From the NCBI GenBank assembly GCA_963828525.1, contig CAWHEP010000014.1, forward strand, positions 64,001-128,000: a DNA stretch of 64,000 nt. The letters run 5' to 3'. The notes beneath the pieces are model-generated. The model did not search any database, was not told the origin of the DNA, and saw nothing but the letters and a program-made list of their open reading frames with translations. Below, one piece after another: positions 1-9,119 of this stretch (position 1 is its first letter; each line of letters begins with the position of its first letter). The DNA comes from an uncultured Verrucomicrobiae bacterium. Its GTDB lineage: Bacteria > Verrucomicrobiota > Verrucomicrobiia > Chthoniobacterales > Chthoniobacteraceae. The position numbers and the translations under genes were made by a program.

Positions 1-294
1 ATCGAGGCCGGCTACGAATTAGAGACGGCGAACGTCATCGTGGAATGCTTCAAAGGGCGCGATCCCCTTGAAACCCGCGCCGTGCTTGTTCAAGGACATG
101 GCCCCTTTGTGTGGGGTGTTTCGGGCGCGAAGGCGGTGGAGACGGCATTGGCGCTGGAGATTGTCGCTGAGATGGCGATCAAGACGATCCAGCTCAACCC
201 CTTGGCGTTGTCAATTCCGGAGGAATTGATGAGAAAGCATCACAGCCGCAAACACGGCGCGGATGCGACCTACGGGCAGCGAGGAATGTCTTAA
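1..294 (+). CDS. araD: L-ribulose-5-phosphate 4-epimerase / class II aldolase family, 5' end outside window
   Basis: Frame open from base 1. Contains YELETANVIVE, AVLVQGHGPFVWG and C-terminal KHHSRKHGADATYGQ, typical of the AraD C-terminus. Confidence 0.85.
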   Translation: MEAGYELETANVIVECFKGRDPLETRAVLVQGHGPFVWGVSGAKAVETALALEIVAEMAIKTIQLNPLALSIPEELMRKHHSRKHGADATYGQRGMS

Positions 295-2288
295 ACCCTG
301 CCGAGAGCGGCGCGCATCTGAGCGAACCTGCTGCTGACTGATTCTGCCGCGACGGGCGTATTCATCAGCTTTTCGTACGTCACCTGTTCCACCGACTCGC
401 CGGCAAGTTCCTTAATGAACGTGCTCGCGGTGCAAGGGGACGCGCTGCCGAATTTCATTCGGCTTCGGCAGTGGGTAAGAGTCAGCACCCGTTTCGCTCG
501 TGTGATCCCCACGTATAAGAGGCGCCGCTCCTCATCGAGTGTGCCTTCTGCTTTGGAGCGATCATGCGGCAGGAGACCCTCCTCAAGGCCGATGAGATAG
601 ACATAGCCGAACTCCAGACCCTTGGCGGCATGCATTGTGATGAGGGTAACGCCCGCGGAATCATCCTTTTTTTCCTCCTCCCGGCTTCTATCCAGATCGA
701 CCTCGTCCAGAAATCCGCGGAGACCTCCTGTCTCGCGTCCCTCATAGCGGGCGAGCGCGTCGATCATGTCCCGGACGTTTGACTCCCGGCTCAATGCTTC
801 TTCAGGCGTTTTGCAACTGCGCTTCAGGTCTTCGTAGTAGCCGACCTCTTCCATGAGGGCGCTTAGAATAGGCGACGCGTTCACGAGAGGGGTGTTCACC
901 CTTGTCTCATAGTCATCCAGCAGAGTCATGAACCGGGAAACAAAGTCCGCGGCGCGTTTTGGGAGCGCGTTCAAAAAATCAGGCCTGCGGAGCGCTTCGA
1001 ACAGGCTGCATTTCTCCTGCATGCTCAATTCCAGCGCGCGCTCGGTTGTCAGGGGACTGATTCCACGCGCGGGTGTATTGATGATCCGCAGCAGCGCGAC
1101 GTCGTCATCCGCGTTCAAGAGGCACGTGGCGTATGCCAGCAGATCCTTTACCTCCCGCCGATCGAAAAAGCTCTTTCCTCCCACAAGCCTGTAGGGGATT
1201 TGCAGCCTCCGGAGATTCTCCTCAAGCAAACGCGATTGCGCGTTCATGCGGTAGAGCACAGCCACATCCTCCCACTTCAAGCCTTCCGAATCCTTGCGCC
1301 GCTCGATTTCTTCGATGATGAACGAAGCCTCGACCCGATCATCGGGCATCTGGATGCTGCGAATCTTTTCGCCTTCGCCGCTGGCGCTCCACAGCTTTTT
1401 GGCGTGCCTCCGCGGGTTGTTGCGTATGAGACGGTTCGCGGTCCCCAGAATCACATTCGTGCTCCGGTAGTTCTGCTCGAGTTTAACTACGGATGGATTT
1501 GGGAAATGCTTTTCAAAATCCAGGATGTTCGACGCCTCCGCGCCGCGCCACCCGTAGATGCTCTGATCATCGTCACCCACCACGCAGATGTTTCGTTCGG
1601 CCGCCGTGAGCAGGCCCACCATATCGAGTTGCAGCTTGTTCGTGTCCTGGAACTCGTCAACCATGACGTGGCCGAAACGCTGCTGCCAATGCGCCCGCGC
1701 GTCTTCATGCTCGCGTAGAAGACGCACCGTGAGCACGAGCAGGTCATCGAAATCCAACGCGTTCTTCGCTTTCAGCTCCTGCTGGTATTTGGCGTAAACA
1801 GCGCCTGCCAGCGTTTGCTCGTTCGCGGCGCCTTCCAGTCCGAGGTTCTTCGCCTTGCTGATCAGGTTCTTCGCGAGATGCGGATCGAGTTTTTCATCCC
1901 GCGCAGCAGTCCGCGTGATGATCTTTTTGATGAGGCCAAGCTGCTCCGATTCATCGTAGATGCTGAAGTTGTTTTTGTACCCCAGCTTGTCAATATGCTG
2001 CCGCAAGATGCGCAGGCATAAGGCGTGAAACGTGGACATGGTCACTTTCTTCGCTTCTGCCGGTTCCACCATCGCTTTAAGCCGCTCGCGCATCTCGTTG
2101 GCCGCCTTGTTGGTGAACGTCAGCGCGAGGATCCGCCCCGAGTCAAAACCCTGGGCAATCAAAAATGCCACGCGGGAGGTGATGACTCGGGTTTTGCCGG
2201 TGCCAGCGCCGGCAAGGATCAAAACCGGCCCGGAGGTCGTTCGAACCGCCCTTTCCTGCTCGGGGTTTAGATCGAAGAGGCGCAGCAC
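291..2288 (-). CDS. UvrD/Rep/PcrA family SF1 ATP-dependent DNA helicase
   Basis: Walker A AGAGTGKT, VDEFQDTN, VVGDDDQSIYGWRGA, LEQNYRS, TMHAAKGLEF, EERRLLYVGITRA. Confidence 0.95.
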   Translation of the reverse strand: MLRLFDLNPEQERAVRTTSGPVLILAGAGTGKTRVITSRVAFLIAQGFDSGRILALTFTNKAANEMRERLKAMVEPAEAKKVTMSTFHALCLRILRQHIDKLGYKNNFSIYDESEQLGLIKKIITRTAARDEKLDPHLAKNLISKAKNLGLEGAANEQTLAGAVYAKYQQELKAKNALDFDDLLVLTVRLLREHEDARAHWQQRFGHVMVDEFQDTNKLQLDMVGLLTAAERNICVVGDDDQSIYGWRGAEASNILDFEKHFPNPSVVKLEQNYRSTNVILGTANRLIRNNPRRHAKKLWSASGEGEKIRSIQMPDDRVEASFIIEEIERRKDSEGLKWEDVAVLYRMNAQSRLLEENLRRLQIPYRLVGGKSFFDRREVKDLLAYATCLLNADDDVALLRIINTPARGISPLTTERALELSMQEKCSLFEALRRPDFLNALPKRAADFVSRFMTLLDDYETRVNTPLVNASPILSALMEEVGYYEDLKRSCKTPEEALSRESNVRDMIDALARYEGRETGGLRGFLDEVDLDRSREEEKKDDSAGVTLITMHAAKGLEFGYVYLIGLEEGLLPHDRSKAEGTLDEERRLLYVGITRAKRVLTLTHCRSRMKFGSASPCTASTFIKELAGESVEQVTYEKLMNTPVAAESVSSRFAQMRAALGRV

Positions 2289-2291
2289 GGG

Positions 2292-3377
2292 TTATGAGAT
2301 CGCCAGAATGTGGCTGCGGAGTGAATCAATCACTTCCGGGTAGAGAATGTGTTCCGCACCCTGGATGCGAGCGTGCAACGTTTCCGGCGTGTCCGCTTCG
2401 AGAATGGGCACTTCACGCTGCGCGATGATCTCGCCGCTATCAATGCCCGCATCCACGTAATGGACTGTGCATCCTGTGATCTTTTCACCACTGATAAGCG
2501 CCTGTCGCCAGGCTTCCAATCCTGGAAACTTTGGAAGCAGCGAAGGGTGGATATTGATGATCCTCCGTGGAAACGCGTTCAGAAGAGGGGCTTTCACCAG
2601 CCGCATAAAACCCGCCAGCACCACCAGATCCACTTCTTGCTCTCGGAGAATCTTCAGCAGCTCCTGTTCGGCCTCGGGTTCCAGCTTTGTTCGAAATCGA
2701 CCGGGAGGAATGAACCGCGCTGTAATCCCGTAGCTTTCAGCCAAGGCGAGAATCGGCGCGGTTTTGCAGTCCGAGATCACCACTCGCGTTTCCGCGTTCA
2801 GGGCTCCCCGGGCGATCTCCGCCTGGATCGCCTGAAAATTGGACCCCTTGCCAGATCCCAAAACGCCGAGGCGCAGCGGCCTGGGCGCCGCTGCAGCGCC
2901 GCCCGCCTGCCTGAGGAGCGTCACTGTGGTGGATCTTCCCGGCACGAGCGGCAGGATTCGAATCTCACACCCAGCCCTGGCAAGTTCCTCGCGTTCCTCG
3001 GCATCCAGCGTATCCGCAGTGTAGTCGCCGCCCTTTACATAGATGTGTGGGCGCACCTCTCTGAGAATTCTTGTCGCGCGGACCTCCGGGAAGATCGTGA
3101 CGTATCCGACACATTCCAAGGCGCAAAGCACCTCGGCCCTGTCGCGCTCTGGATTGACGGGGCGTCCTTCGCCCTTCAGAGATCGAACCGACGCGTCCCC
3201 ATTCAGGCCGACGGCGAGGACGCCGCCGAGCGCGCGGGCCTGTTCCAGGTAACGCGCGTGCCCAGCATGGAACACGTCGAAGCAGCCATTCGTGAAAACA
3301 AGGCGCTCTCCTCGCGACGCGAGTTCGTCGCGGAGAATGCTCAGTTCGTGGTTTGATTTAAGCTTGGAGAGAGGCAA
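2292..3377 (-). CDS. purN: Fusion: HldC/RfaE-domain-II-type heptose-1-phosphate adenylyltransferase (N-terminal) plus phosphoribosylglycinamide formyltransferase (C-terminal)
   Basis: N-terminal VFTNGCFDVFHAGH (HxGH), KGEGRPVN, YVKGGDY, GRSTT. C-terminal GSGKGSN, VVLAGFMR, NIHPSLLPKFPG, HYVDAGIDSG. The halves are joined by the Ala/Gly linker QAGGAAAAPRP. Confidence 0.9.
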   Translation of the reverse strand: MPLSKLKSNHELSILRDELASRGERLVFTNGCFDVFHAGHARYLEQARALGGVLAVGLNGDASVRSLKGEGRPVNPERDRAEVLCALECVGYVTIFPEVRATRILREVRPHIYVKGGDYTADTLDAEEREELARAGCEIRILPLVPGRSTTVTLLRQAGGAAAAPRPLRLGVLGSGKGSNFQAIQAEIARGALNAETRVVISDCKTAPILALAESYGITARFIPPGRFRTKLEPEAEQELLKILREQEVDLVVLAGFMRLVKAPLLNAFPRRIINIHPSLLPKFPGLEAWRQALISGEKITGCTVHYVDAGIDSGEIIAQREVPILEADTPETLHARIQGAEHILYPEVIDSLRSHILAIS

Positions 3378-3509
3378 TGGACCGGATGGTGCAAGATTTA
3401 GGATGTAACAACTACCATTTTTTGCCAGACTGCGTAGCTCCAGTTTGTGATTTTCGCTGTGTCCGCGCGCAACCTCGCATGCTGATGTCCGCCAACTTTC
3501 CCTCTAAAA

Positions 3510-4622
3510 ATGCTCGCCGATTCCCGCCTCGATAAACTCGCGAAGATTCTCACCGGTTACTCCGTGGCTTTGAAGCAAGGAGACACCGTCCTTCTGGATA
3601 TGTACGATACGCCAGGGGAGATGGCTGTCGCCTTGATCCGCGCGACGCGCGCCTTGGGCGCGACTCCGTTCGTTCAGATCAACCAGGCTCGAATCGCGCG
3701 GGAACTCGCCCGCGAAGCGTTGGAGGAGCAGTACGCCACCATCGCCGGGTATGAACTGGCTCGCATGAAGAAAATGGATGCCTACATCGCCGTGCGAGGA
3801 GGATGGAATATAGCGGAGATGTCCGACGTTCCTGGCGACAAGATGAAGATCATCGCCAAAAAGCTGAAGCCGGTTCTCGACTATCGCGTCAAGAAAACCC
3901 GCTGGTGTGTACTCCGCTGGCCGACACCATCGATGTCACAACAAGCTGGGATGAGCACGGAACAATTCGAGGACTTCTTCTTTGATGTGTGCTCGCTTGA
4001 CTACGGCAGGATGCAACCCGGGATGCGGGCTTTAAAAGAGCTGATGGATAAAACCGATCTCGTCGAGATCAAGGGGGCGGGCACAGATTTGCGGTTCAGT
4101 ATCAAGGGCATCCCCGCTGTGTGCTGCGGGGGCACCTATAACATACCGGATGGGGAGGTGTTCACGGCTCCCGTGCGGAACTCTGTGCAGGGCCACATCT
4201 CTTTCAACGCGCCCTCCATCTACCAGGGTATTCCATTCGATAGCATCCGGTTTGAATTTCGGGATGGCCGTATTGTTGAGGCATCCGGCAACCAGCCGGT
4301 GAAGCTGGCCACAATCCTTGATTCCGATGCGGGAGCGCGCTACATCGGCGAATTCTCACTTGCCTTCAATCCGTATATCCTCCATCCGATCCGCGATATT
4401 TTGTTCGACGAGAAGATTTGCGGCTCCTTCCATTTTACTCCCGGACAGGCCTATGAGGAGGCAGACAATGGCAATCGGAGCCAGATCCACTGGGATCTCG
4501 TTTGCATCCAGCGGCCGGATTACGGAGGAGGCACGATAAGCTTCGATGGCAAAGTAGTCCGTGAAGACGGAGTATTCATCCCCAAAGCGCTGCGTTCCCT
4601 GAACGCGGAGAATCTCAAATAG
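3510..4622 (+). CDS. Aminopeptidase, peptidase M29 (AmpS/AmpT-like)
   Basis: [48 protein letters not shown]. Confidence 0.9.
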   Translation: MLADSRLDKLAKILTGYSVALKQGDTVLLDMYDTPGEMAVALIRATRALGATPFVQINQARIARELAREALEEQYATIAGYELARMKKMDAYIAVRGGWNIAEMSDVPGDKMKIIAKKLKPVLDYRVKKTRWCVLRWPTPSMSQQAGMSTEQFEDFFFDVCSLDYGRMQPGMRALKELMDKTDLVEIKGAGTDLRFSIKGIPAVCCGGTYNIPDGEVFTAPVRNSVQGHISFNAPSIYQGIPFDSIRFEFRDGRIVEASGNQPVKLATILDSDAGARYIGEFSLAFNPYILHPIRDILFDEKICGSFHFTPGQAYEEADNGNRSQIHWDLVCIQRPDYGGGTISFDGKVVREDGVFIPKALRSLNAENLK

Positions 4623-4655
4623 GCCTCACTTCCCCGAGCCAGGTCCGCCCCCACA

Positions 4656-6518
4656 ATGCTCAATCTTCTTAGGTCCAGCCCCTCACTGGATGATCTCCAG
4701 CGGCTGCTGGCTCAGTCTCAAGATCAGCCTTTGCTGCCTCGTCTTGGCGCTCCTGCCTGGCTGGAGGCCGCGTCGGATCCTTCCATCCAGAAATGGATCG
4801 ACCCTTTACGCCAACTGGCTCGCAAGGAAGTGGGCCGCCCGATGCCGCTGTTGACCGATGATCTTTACCGGGAATTCTACGCGACGGGCGCCAGAGCGGG
4901 GTTCGAGGCGGTTTATTTTGAGAGGCGCCGCATACTTGGACGCGCCGCCGTGTGCGCCCTCTTGGAAACGGATCGAGCCATGTGGGTGCCCTCCCTGGTT
5001 GCCAAGGTGAGGGAGATTCTGTCTGAGTTTTCGTGGGCGGGACCCGCGCATGTTAACTCACATTCCGGGAAAGATCCTTCTCGCATCGACATCTTCGCCG
5101 CGGAGACCGCGAACATGCTGGCGGAAATCGTCGATATGTTTCGGGAGGTTCTGCCCGAGGATATCGTGGGCGAAATTTACTGGAGGTTGCACACTCAGTT
5201 CTTTCTTAATTACCTCAACAGGCACGAAGATTTTGCCTGGACCCGGGAGTCAAATAACTGGAACGCCGTGTGCCACCAGGGCATCATAGGGGCCGCGCTG
5301 GCCGTGGAGGTTGACCTGGACATTGTGGCGAGGATGCTCTTGCTCGCAAAAAAATCGCTGCCTCTTTTCCTTCGTGGATTCGACGCGGACGGCGCGTGTC
5401 TGGAGGGCCCGGGCTATTGGCAGCACGGATTTGGAGCTTTCGCGAATCTGAATGCCCAGATCGAGGCGAGAACGGGGGGCGAACTCTCCCTTTTCGTAGG
5501 GGACGCGCATATCAGGCAGATCGCAAAATACGGCCCTCGCGTTTGCCTGGAGAATTTCCATCTGGTCAACTTTTCTGACAGCCCCAGGACCGGCGCGCTG
5601 AACCCCGCTTTGCTAACCTACCTTGGTTCCCGGTTGGTGGATGATCTCTGCCGCGCGCATGGATATAGGGCATACAAGCGCCTCAATAAAACGGGCATCA
5701 ATCTGCAAGCGCAGCGCGCTGATCTCACTTACCTGGCCCGACTCCTCCTGAACGCCCCGCGGGATTTATCACAAGACGTCCAGGTCGCGCGCGAGGACGT
5801 TTACTTCAAGGACACAGGCGTAATCGTCAGCCACGGACGGGATATCCGCGGCAATATGTGGGACTTCGCGGCAAAAGGGGGCAACAACGCCGAGCACCAC
5901 AACCATAACGATTGCGGCAGCTTCATCCTGAATATCAACGGCCATGCGTTTGCCATCGAGATAGGCGCGCCAGAATATACAAAGGAGTATCTGCGGGAAA
6001 AACGGTATCAATTCCTCGCGGCGCGCTCGCAGGGCCATTCCATTCCCATCATCAACGGGTTTGAGCAATCGGCCGGCCCGAAATACCTTGCGAAAGTCCT
6101 GAGCGCTGAAATTGGCAAAGAGCAGACGGAATTTTCTGTCGATCTCACGGCGTGCTACCCGTCAGAGGCGCATTGCAGCGAGGTGGTGCGCACTTTTCAG
6201 TTCGACAAGAAAAACGGGGAACTACGCGTGCGCGACTTTTATGAATTGTTTGAAGCAGAGTCGTTCGAGTCCGCTCTCATCGTGGATCAGGAGGTGACCA
6301 TACGGGACGCGGTCGCCTCTATTTCCCTTGGGGGCATGACTCTCTTGTGCCGCCCGTTTGGCGACACCATCATAAGTTCCGTCGAGGATCACGAATACCG
6401 GGACCACTCCGGCGTGAGCAGGAGGATAAAGCGCATCATTCTGAAGCCCTCGAAAATCGAGCGGCAGAATTTTGTCGGCTACGATCTCCTGCTGGCTGAG
6501 GCGGAGCCCGAAATCTAG
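4656..6518 (+). CDS. Heparinase II/III-like polysaccharide/oligosaccharide lyase family protein (no obvious signal peptide)
   Basis: SNNWNAVC, DGACLEGPGYW, AKGGNNAEHHNHNDCGSFIL, GHSIPIING. Confidence 0.8.
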   Translation: MLNLLRSSPSLDDLQRLLAQSQDQPLLPRLGAPAWLEAASDPSIQKWIDPLRQLARKEVGRPMPLLTDDLYREFYATGARAGFEAVYFERRRILGRAAVCALLETDRAMWVPSLVAKVREILSEFSWAGPAHVNSHSGKDPSRIDIFAAETANMLAEIVDMFREVLPEDIVGEIYWRLHTQFFLNYLNRHEDFAWTRESNNWNAVCHQGIIGAALAVEVDLDIVARMLLLAKKSLPLFLRGFDADGACLEGPGYWQHGFGAFANLNAQIEARTGGELSLFVGDAHIRQIAKYGPRVCLENFHLVNFSDSPRTGALNPALLTYLGSRLVDDLCRAHGYRAYKRLNKTGINLQAQRADLTYLARLLLNAPRDLSQDVQVAREDVYFKDTGVIVSHGRDIRGNMWDFAAKGGNNAEHHNHNDCGSFILNINGHAFAIEIGAPEYTKEYLREKRYQFLAARSQGHSIPIINGFEQSAGPKYLAKVLSAEIGKEQTEFSVDLTACYPSEAHCSEVVRTFQFDKKNGELRVRDFYELFEAESFESALIVDQEVTIRDAVASISLGGMTLLCRPFGDTIISSVEDHEYRDHSGVSRRIKRIILKPSKIERQNFVGYDLLLAEAEPEI

Positions 6519-6535
6519 AGCCGTAATCTTTGGCT

Positions 6536-7887
6536 TCAGTGGGTAATCGAGGGGGAGTAGCCGCCGACAAGCCCCTCCGATTTACTGAACCGCGACCAGT
6601 TCAACCCGTAGAAAGCGACAAAGACGAAGCAGAACATCGGCACGACGTATCCCCGCGACATTCCGTAGTTGTCCGCGATGTAGCCCATCAACTTCGGCAG
6701 GAGCGCGCCGCCCATGATCGCCATTACAATAAAAGCCGATGCTTTTTTGGAACGGACGCCAAGGCCGAAGATGCCAAGCGCGAAAATCGTTGGGAACATA
6801 ATGGACATGAAAAAGTAACTCACAAAAACGCAGATCACCGAAACCCAGCCCAACTTGCAGATGATGAGAAGGCAAGCGCCCACGTTCACGATGGCGTAGA
6901 TCGCAAGCATCTTGTGCGCGGCGACCTTCTTCAACAACGCGGCTCCCGTGAACCGTCCGAGCAGGAAGCAAACAAAGCCCGCCGATGCCAGATAGGGAGG
7001 CGAAGGCGTTGCTGAAATGCAGCGCCGCCATCCTTGCCGGTCTCAAGCCATCCAGGATGCATGAAAGATGTCCACGAAGCCGGAATGGCCGGGACTTCAG
7101 AGGTCATGTAGTTGATGAAGAAGCTGAAAATTCCTGATTGGGCCGCGACGTAGCAAAATTGAGCGGCTACCGCCATTACGAAGTGCGGGTGGGACCAGAT
7201 GGAGTGGGAAACCCCGGGGGTCGCGTCGTCAAGATGGTAGTCGTCCTCGGTGTTGATGTCGGGCACATTTGCGAAGAAGAAGATTGCTGCAAGGATGATG
7301 ACCACCACGGCTACTCCCACGTAAGGGATGTAAAGGGTTGCGCTGCCCGTGCTCGCCCCGTGGGTATCTTTCGAGTAGAAATACATGCTGCCGGCGATTG
7401 GACCGAAAATCCAACCGATCCCGTTGCAGGACTGGGCAAGGTTGATGCGAGTCGCTGCGAACTCACTGGGCCCGAGAACGGTCGTGTAGGGATTTGCGAT
7501 CGTCTCGAGAAAGGTAAGCCCCGCGGCGATAAAACACACACCTACAAGGAATGCCCAGAAGGCGGCGATATGCGTCGCGGGGATAAACCAAAACCCGCCC
7601 GCCGCGACCATCAGTAAGCCGGTGATGATCCCGCCCTTGTAGCCAAGCTTGCTCGCCAACATACCCGCGGGCATCGCCATCAGAAAATAGCCCAGGTAAT
7701 GCGCCCATTGCACATTCGCGGACTGGGATAAAGTGAGGTGCAGTTCTTCCTGGAAATGCTTGTCCATGACATCAATCATGCCATTACAGAAACCCCATAG
7801 CAGGAACAGGGAGCTTACCAGCGCGAACGTGAAGAAGAGGTTTTTGCCGTCTTCGCCGATGAATATGCTTTTCTTATTTGTATTCAA
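6536..7887 (-). CDS. fucP: L-fucose:H+ symporter-like MFS permease (FucP/GluP family); two apparent +1 frameshifts near 7025 and 6996
   Basis: LFLLWGFCNG, GYKGGII, GLTFLETIANPY, RINLAQSCNGIG, SIMFPTIFALG, IVMAIMGGA. Removing one base at each site gives a continuous ...DGALHFSNAFASYLASAGFVCFLLGRFTG... reading. Confidence 0.8.
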
Positions 7888-8019
7888 TGTGGGGGATTTG
7901 ATGGGGATGATTTATTGCGGGGAGTAGTCTTCCTAGGCAGTTCCGCGCCTAATGGCAAGGTTCTTTAACGGAATCAGCGCCTGGGCGGGGCTGTGAGTAA
8001 GCGCGAAAGCGCGGCCTGT

Positions 8020-9057
8020 TCAGACCCGCTCGAGCTTGATCGGGTAAGTTTGTCCCGAAGCCCACTGCGCGACATAGATGCAGTTTTCATCGTCCACTAC
8101 GAGCCCGTGCGGATGCGTGAAAAGTGGGGACGTTCGCTGGAGAGGTAAAAGTTTGTTCTCTCCGTCGTATTCGGGAGGAGCGCCGCCCGGATTCGAAATC
8201 ACCCGATCATGCAAGTCCAGGATCGTCAGAAATCCGGCGCTCTTCGCGTCTCGCATCCGCAGTTGTGGAATGTAAATGGCATCCCCCTTGAAGTACATGT
8301 TGCAAGGCAGCGCGTTCGGCAGCTTGATCTCGCCCAGATAGGCTCCTTCCAGGCTGAACCGCTTTATGGAGCAATCCTGACGCGACGTGACGAGGAGGAC
8401 GGGGCGCGCCGGATCACGCATATCCACTGTGCCACCGTGCGCTTCGTTCACGCTTTCCGGAGCTTTTCCACGGCCACCGAAGAGGCGCTGCAGCTCACCC
8501 TTTGCGTTATAATGGAGAATCAGGGAAGTGCCGTAACCGTCCATGACGTAGAAGCTGCCATCGGGCGCCATGGCAACATCTGTCGGTTTGAACTGCTCCG
8601 CATTGACGAAATGCCCGCTTTCGTAAGGGGCGTTCAGCGTCATCAATATTTTGCCATCCAGGGTGGTTTTGAAAACCTGGTGCCGCGCGTAGTCCGTGAT
8701 GAAGAGGAACTCTTCGTCATTCTCGTTGACCAGCCTCATTCCGTGCGCGCCGGGAAAATCATGTCCCCATGTGTCCAGGAGCTTGCCACTTTTGTCGTAA
8801 ATGATGACGTTATTGCGGGACTCATTGGTGAGCAAAAGCAGCCGCCCGCGCTTGTCCTGCACCATCGAGTGGCAATCATTTACCGGGGTGTCCTTCGTGA
8901 GGACCCCCCATTTCGGCACCGCCTTATAGCGGTGATCGCCCTGGCCTAGAATATCAGGATCGTCCGCGGCGGCGGAAGCACGAGCAAGCAGGGAGCATCC
9001 AGCGGCAGCGAGGGTGGTGGTTTGAATGAATGCCCGTCGGGAATAGGAAGGAGTCAT
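8020..9057 (-). CDS. Tat-exported NHL-repeat six-bladed beta-propeller protein (PAL/peptidylglycine-lyase-like fold)
   Basis: SRRAFI twin-arginine signal and NHL motifs PTDVAMAPDGSFYVMDGYG and HPHGLVVDDENCIYVAQW. Start taken at ATG 9057. Confidence 0.8.
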   Translation of the reverse strand: MTPSYSRRAFIQTTTLAAAGCSLLARASAAADDPDILGQGDHRYKAVPKWGVLTKDTPVNDCHSMVQDKRGRLLLLTNESRNNVIIYDKSGKLLDTWGHDFPGAHGMRLVNENDEEFLFITDYARHQVFKTTLDGKILMTLNAPYESGHFVNAEQFKPTDVAMAPDGSFYVMDGYGTSLILHYNAKGELQRLFGGRGKAPESVNEAHGGTVDMRDPARPVLLVTSRQDCSIKRFSLEGAYLGEIKLPNALPCNMYFKGDAIYIPQLRMRDAKSAGFLTILDLHDRVISNPGGAPPEYDGENKLLPLQRTSPLFTHPHGLVVDDENCIYVAQWASGQTYPIKLERV

Positions 9058-9063
9058 AAGCAG

Positions 9064-9075
9064 GGGAGCGCTCCC
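9064..9075. promoter_or_regulatory. Perfect 12-bp palindrome GGGAGCGCTCCC, candidate LacI-family operator
   Basis: Central CG palindrome lying directly next to a TTGACA -35 box in the divergent intergenic region. Confidence 0.55.
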
Positions 9076-9076
9076 A

Positions 9077-9105
9077 TTGACAAGGGGAGCGTGTTTTTGC
9101 ATAGT
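9077..9105 (+). promoter_or_regulatory. Putative sigma70 promoter for the cytochrome c/DUF1553/DUF1501 operon
   Basis: TTGACA (9077-9082), 17-bp spacer, CATAGT (9100-9105). Confidence 0.6.
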
Positions 9106-9119
9106 CGTTTCCGCCCCCC

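Noticed and set aside
291..2288. UvrD helicase as part of an anti-phage defence system
   Set aside because: Housekeeping PcrA/Rep-like sequence among core genes, with no nuclease or ATPase partner next to it.
2349..3356. 335-aa plus-strand ORF antisense to the HldC-PurN fusion
   Set aside because: Shadow ORF of a GC-rich gene; no recognisable motifs.
8001..8012. GCGC-GAAA-GCGC mini hairpin downstream of the NHL gene
   Set aside because: Four-bp stem with no U-tract; too weak to call a terminator.
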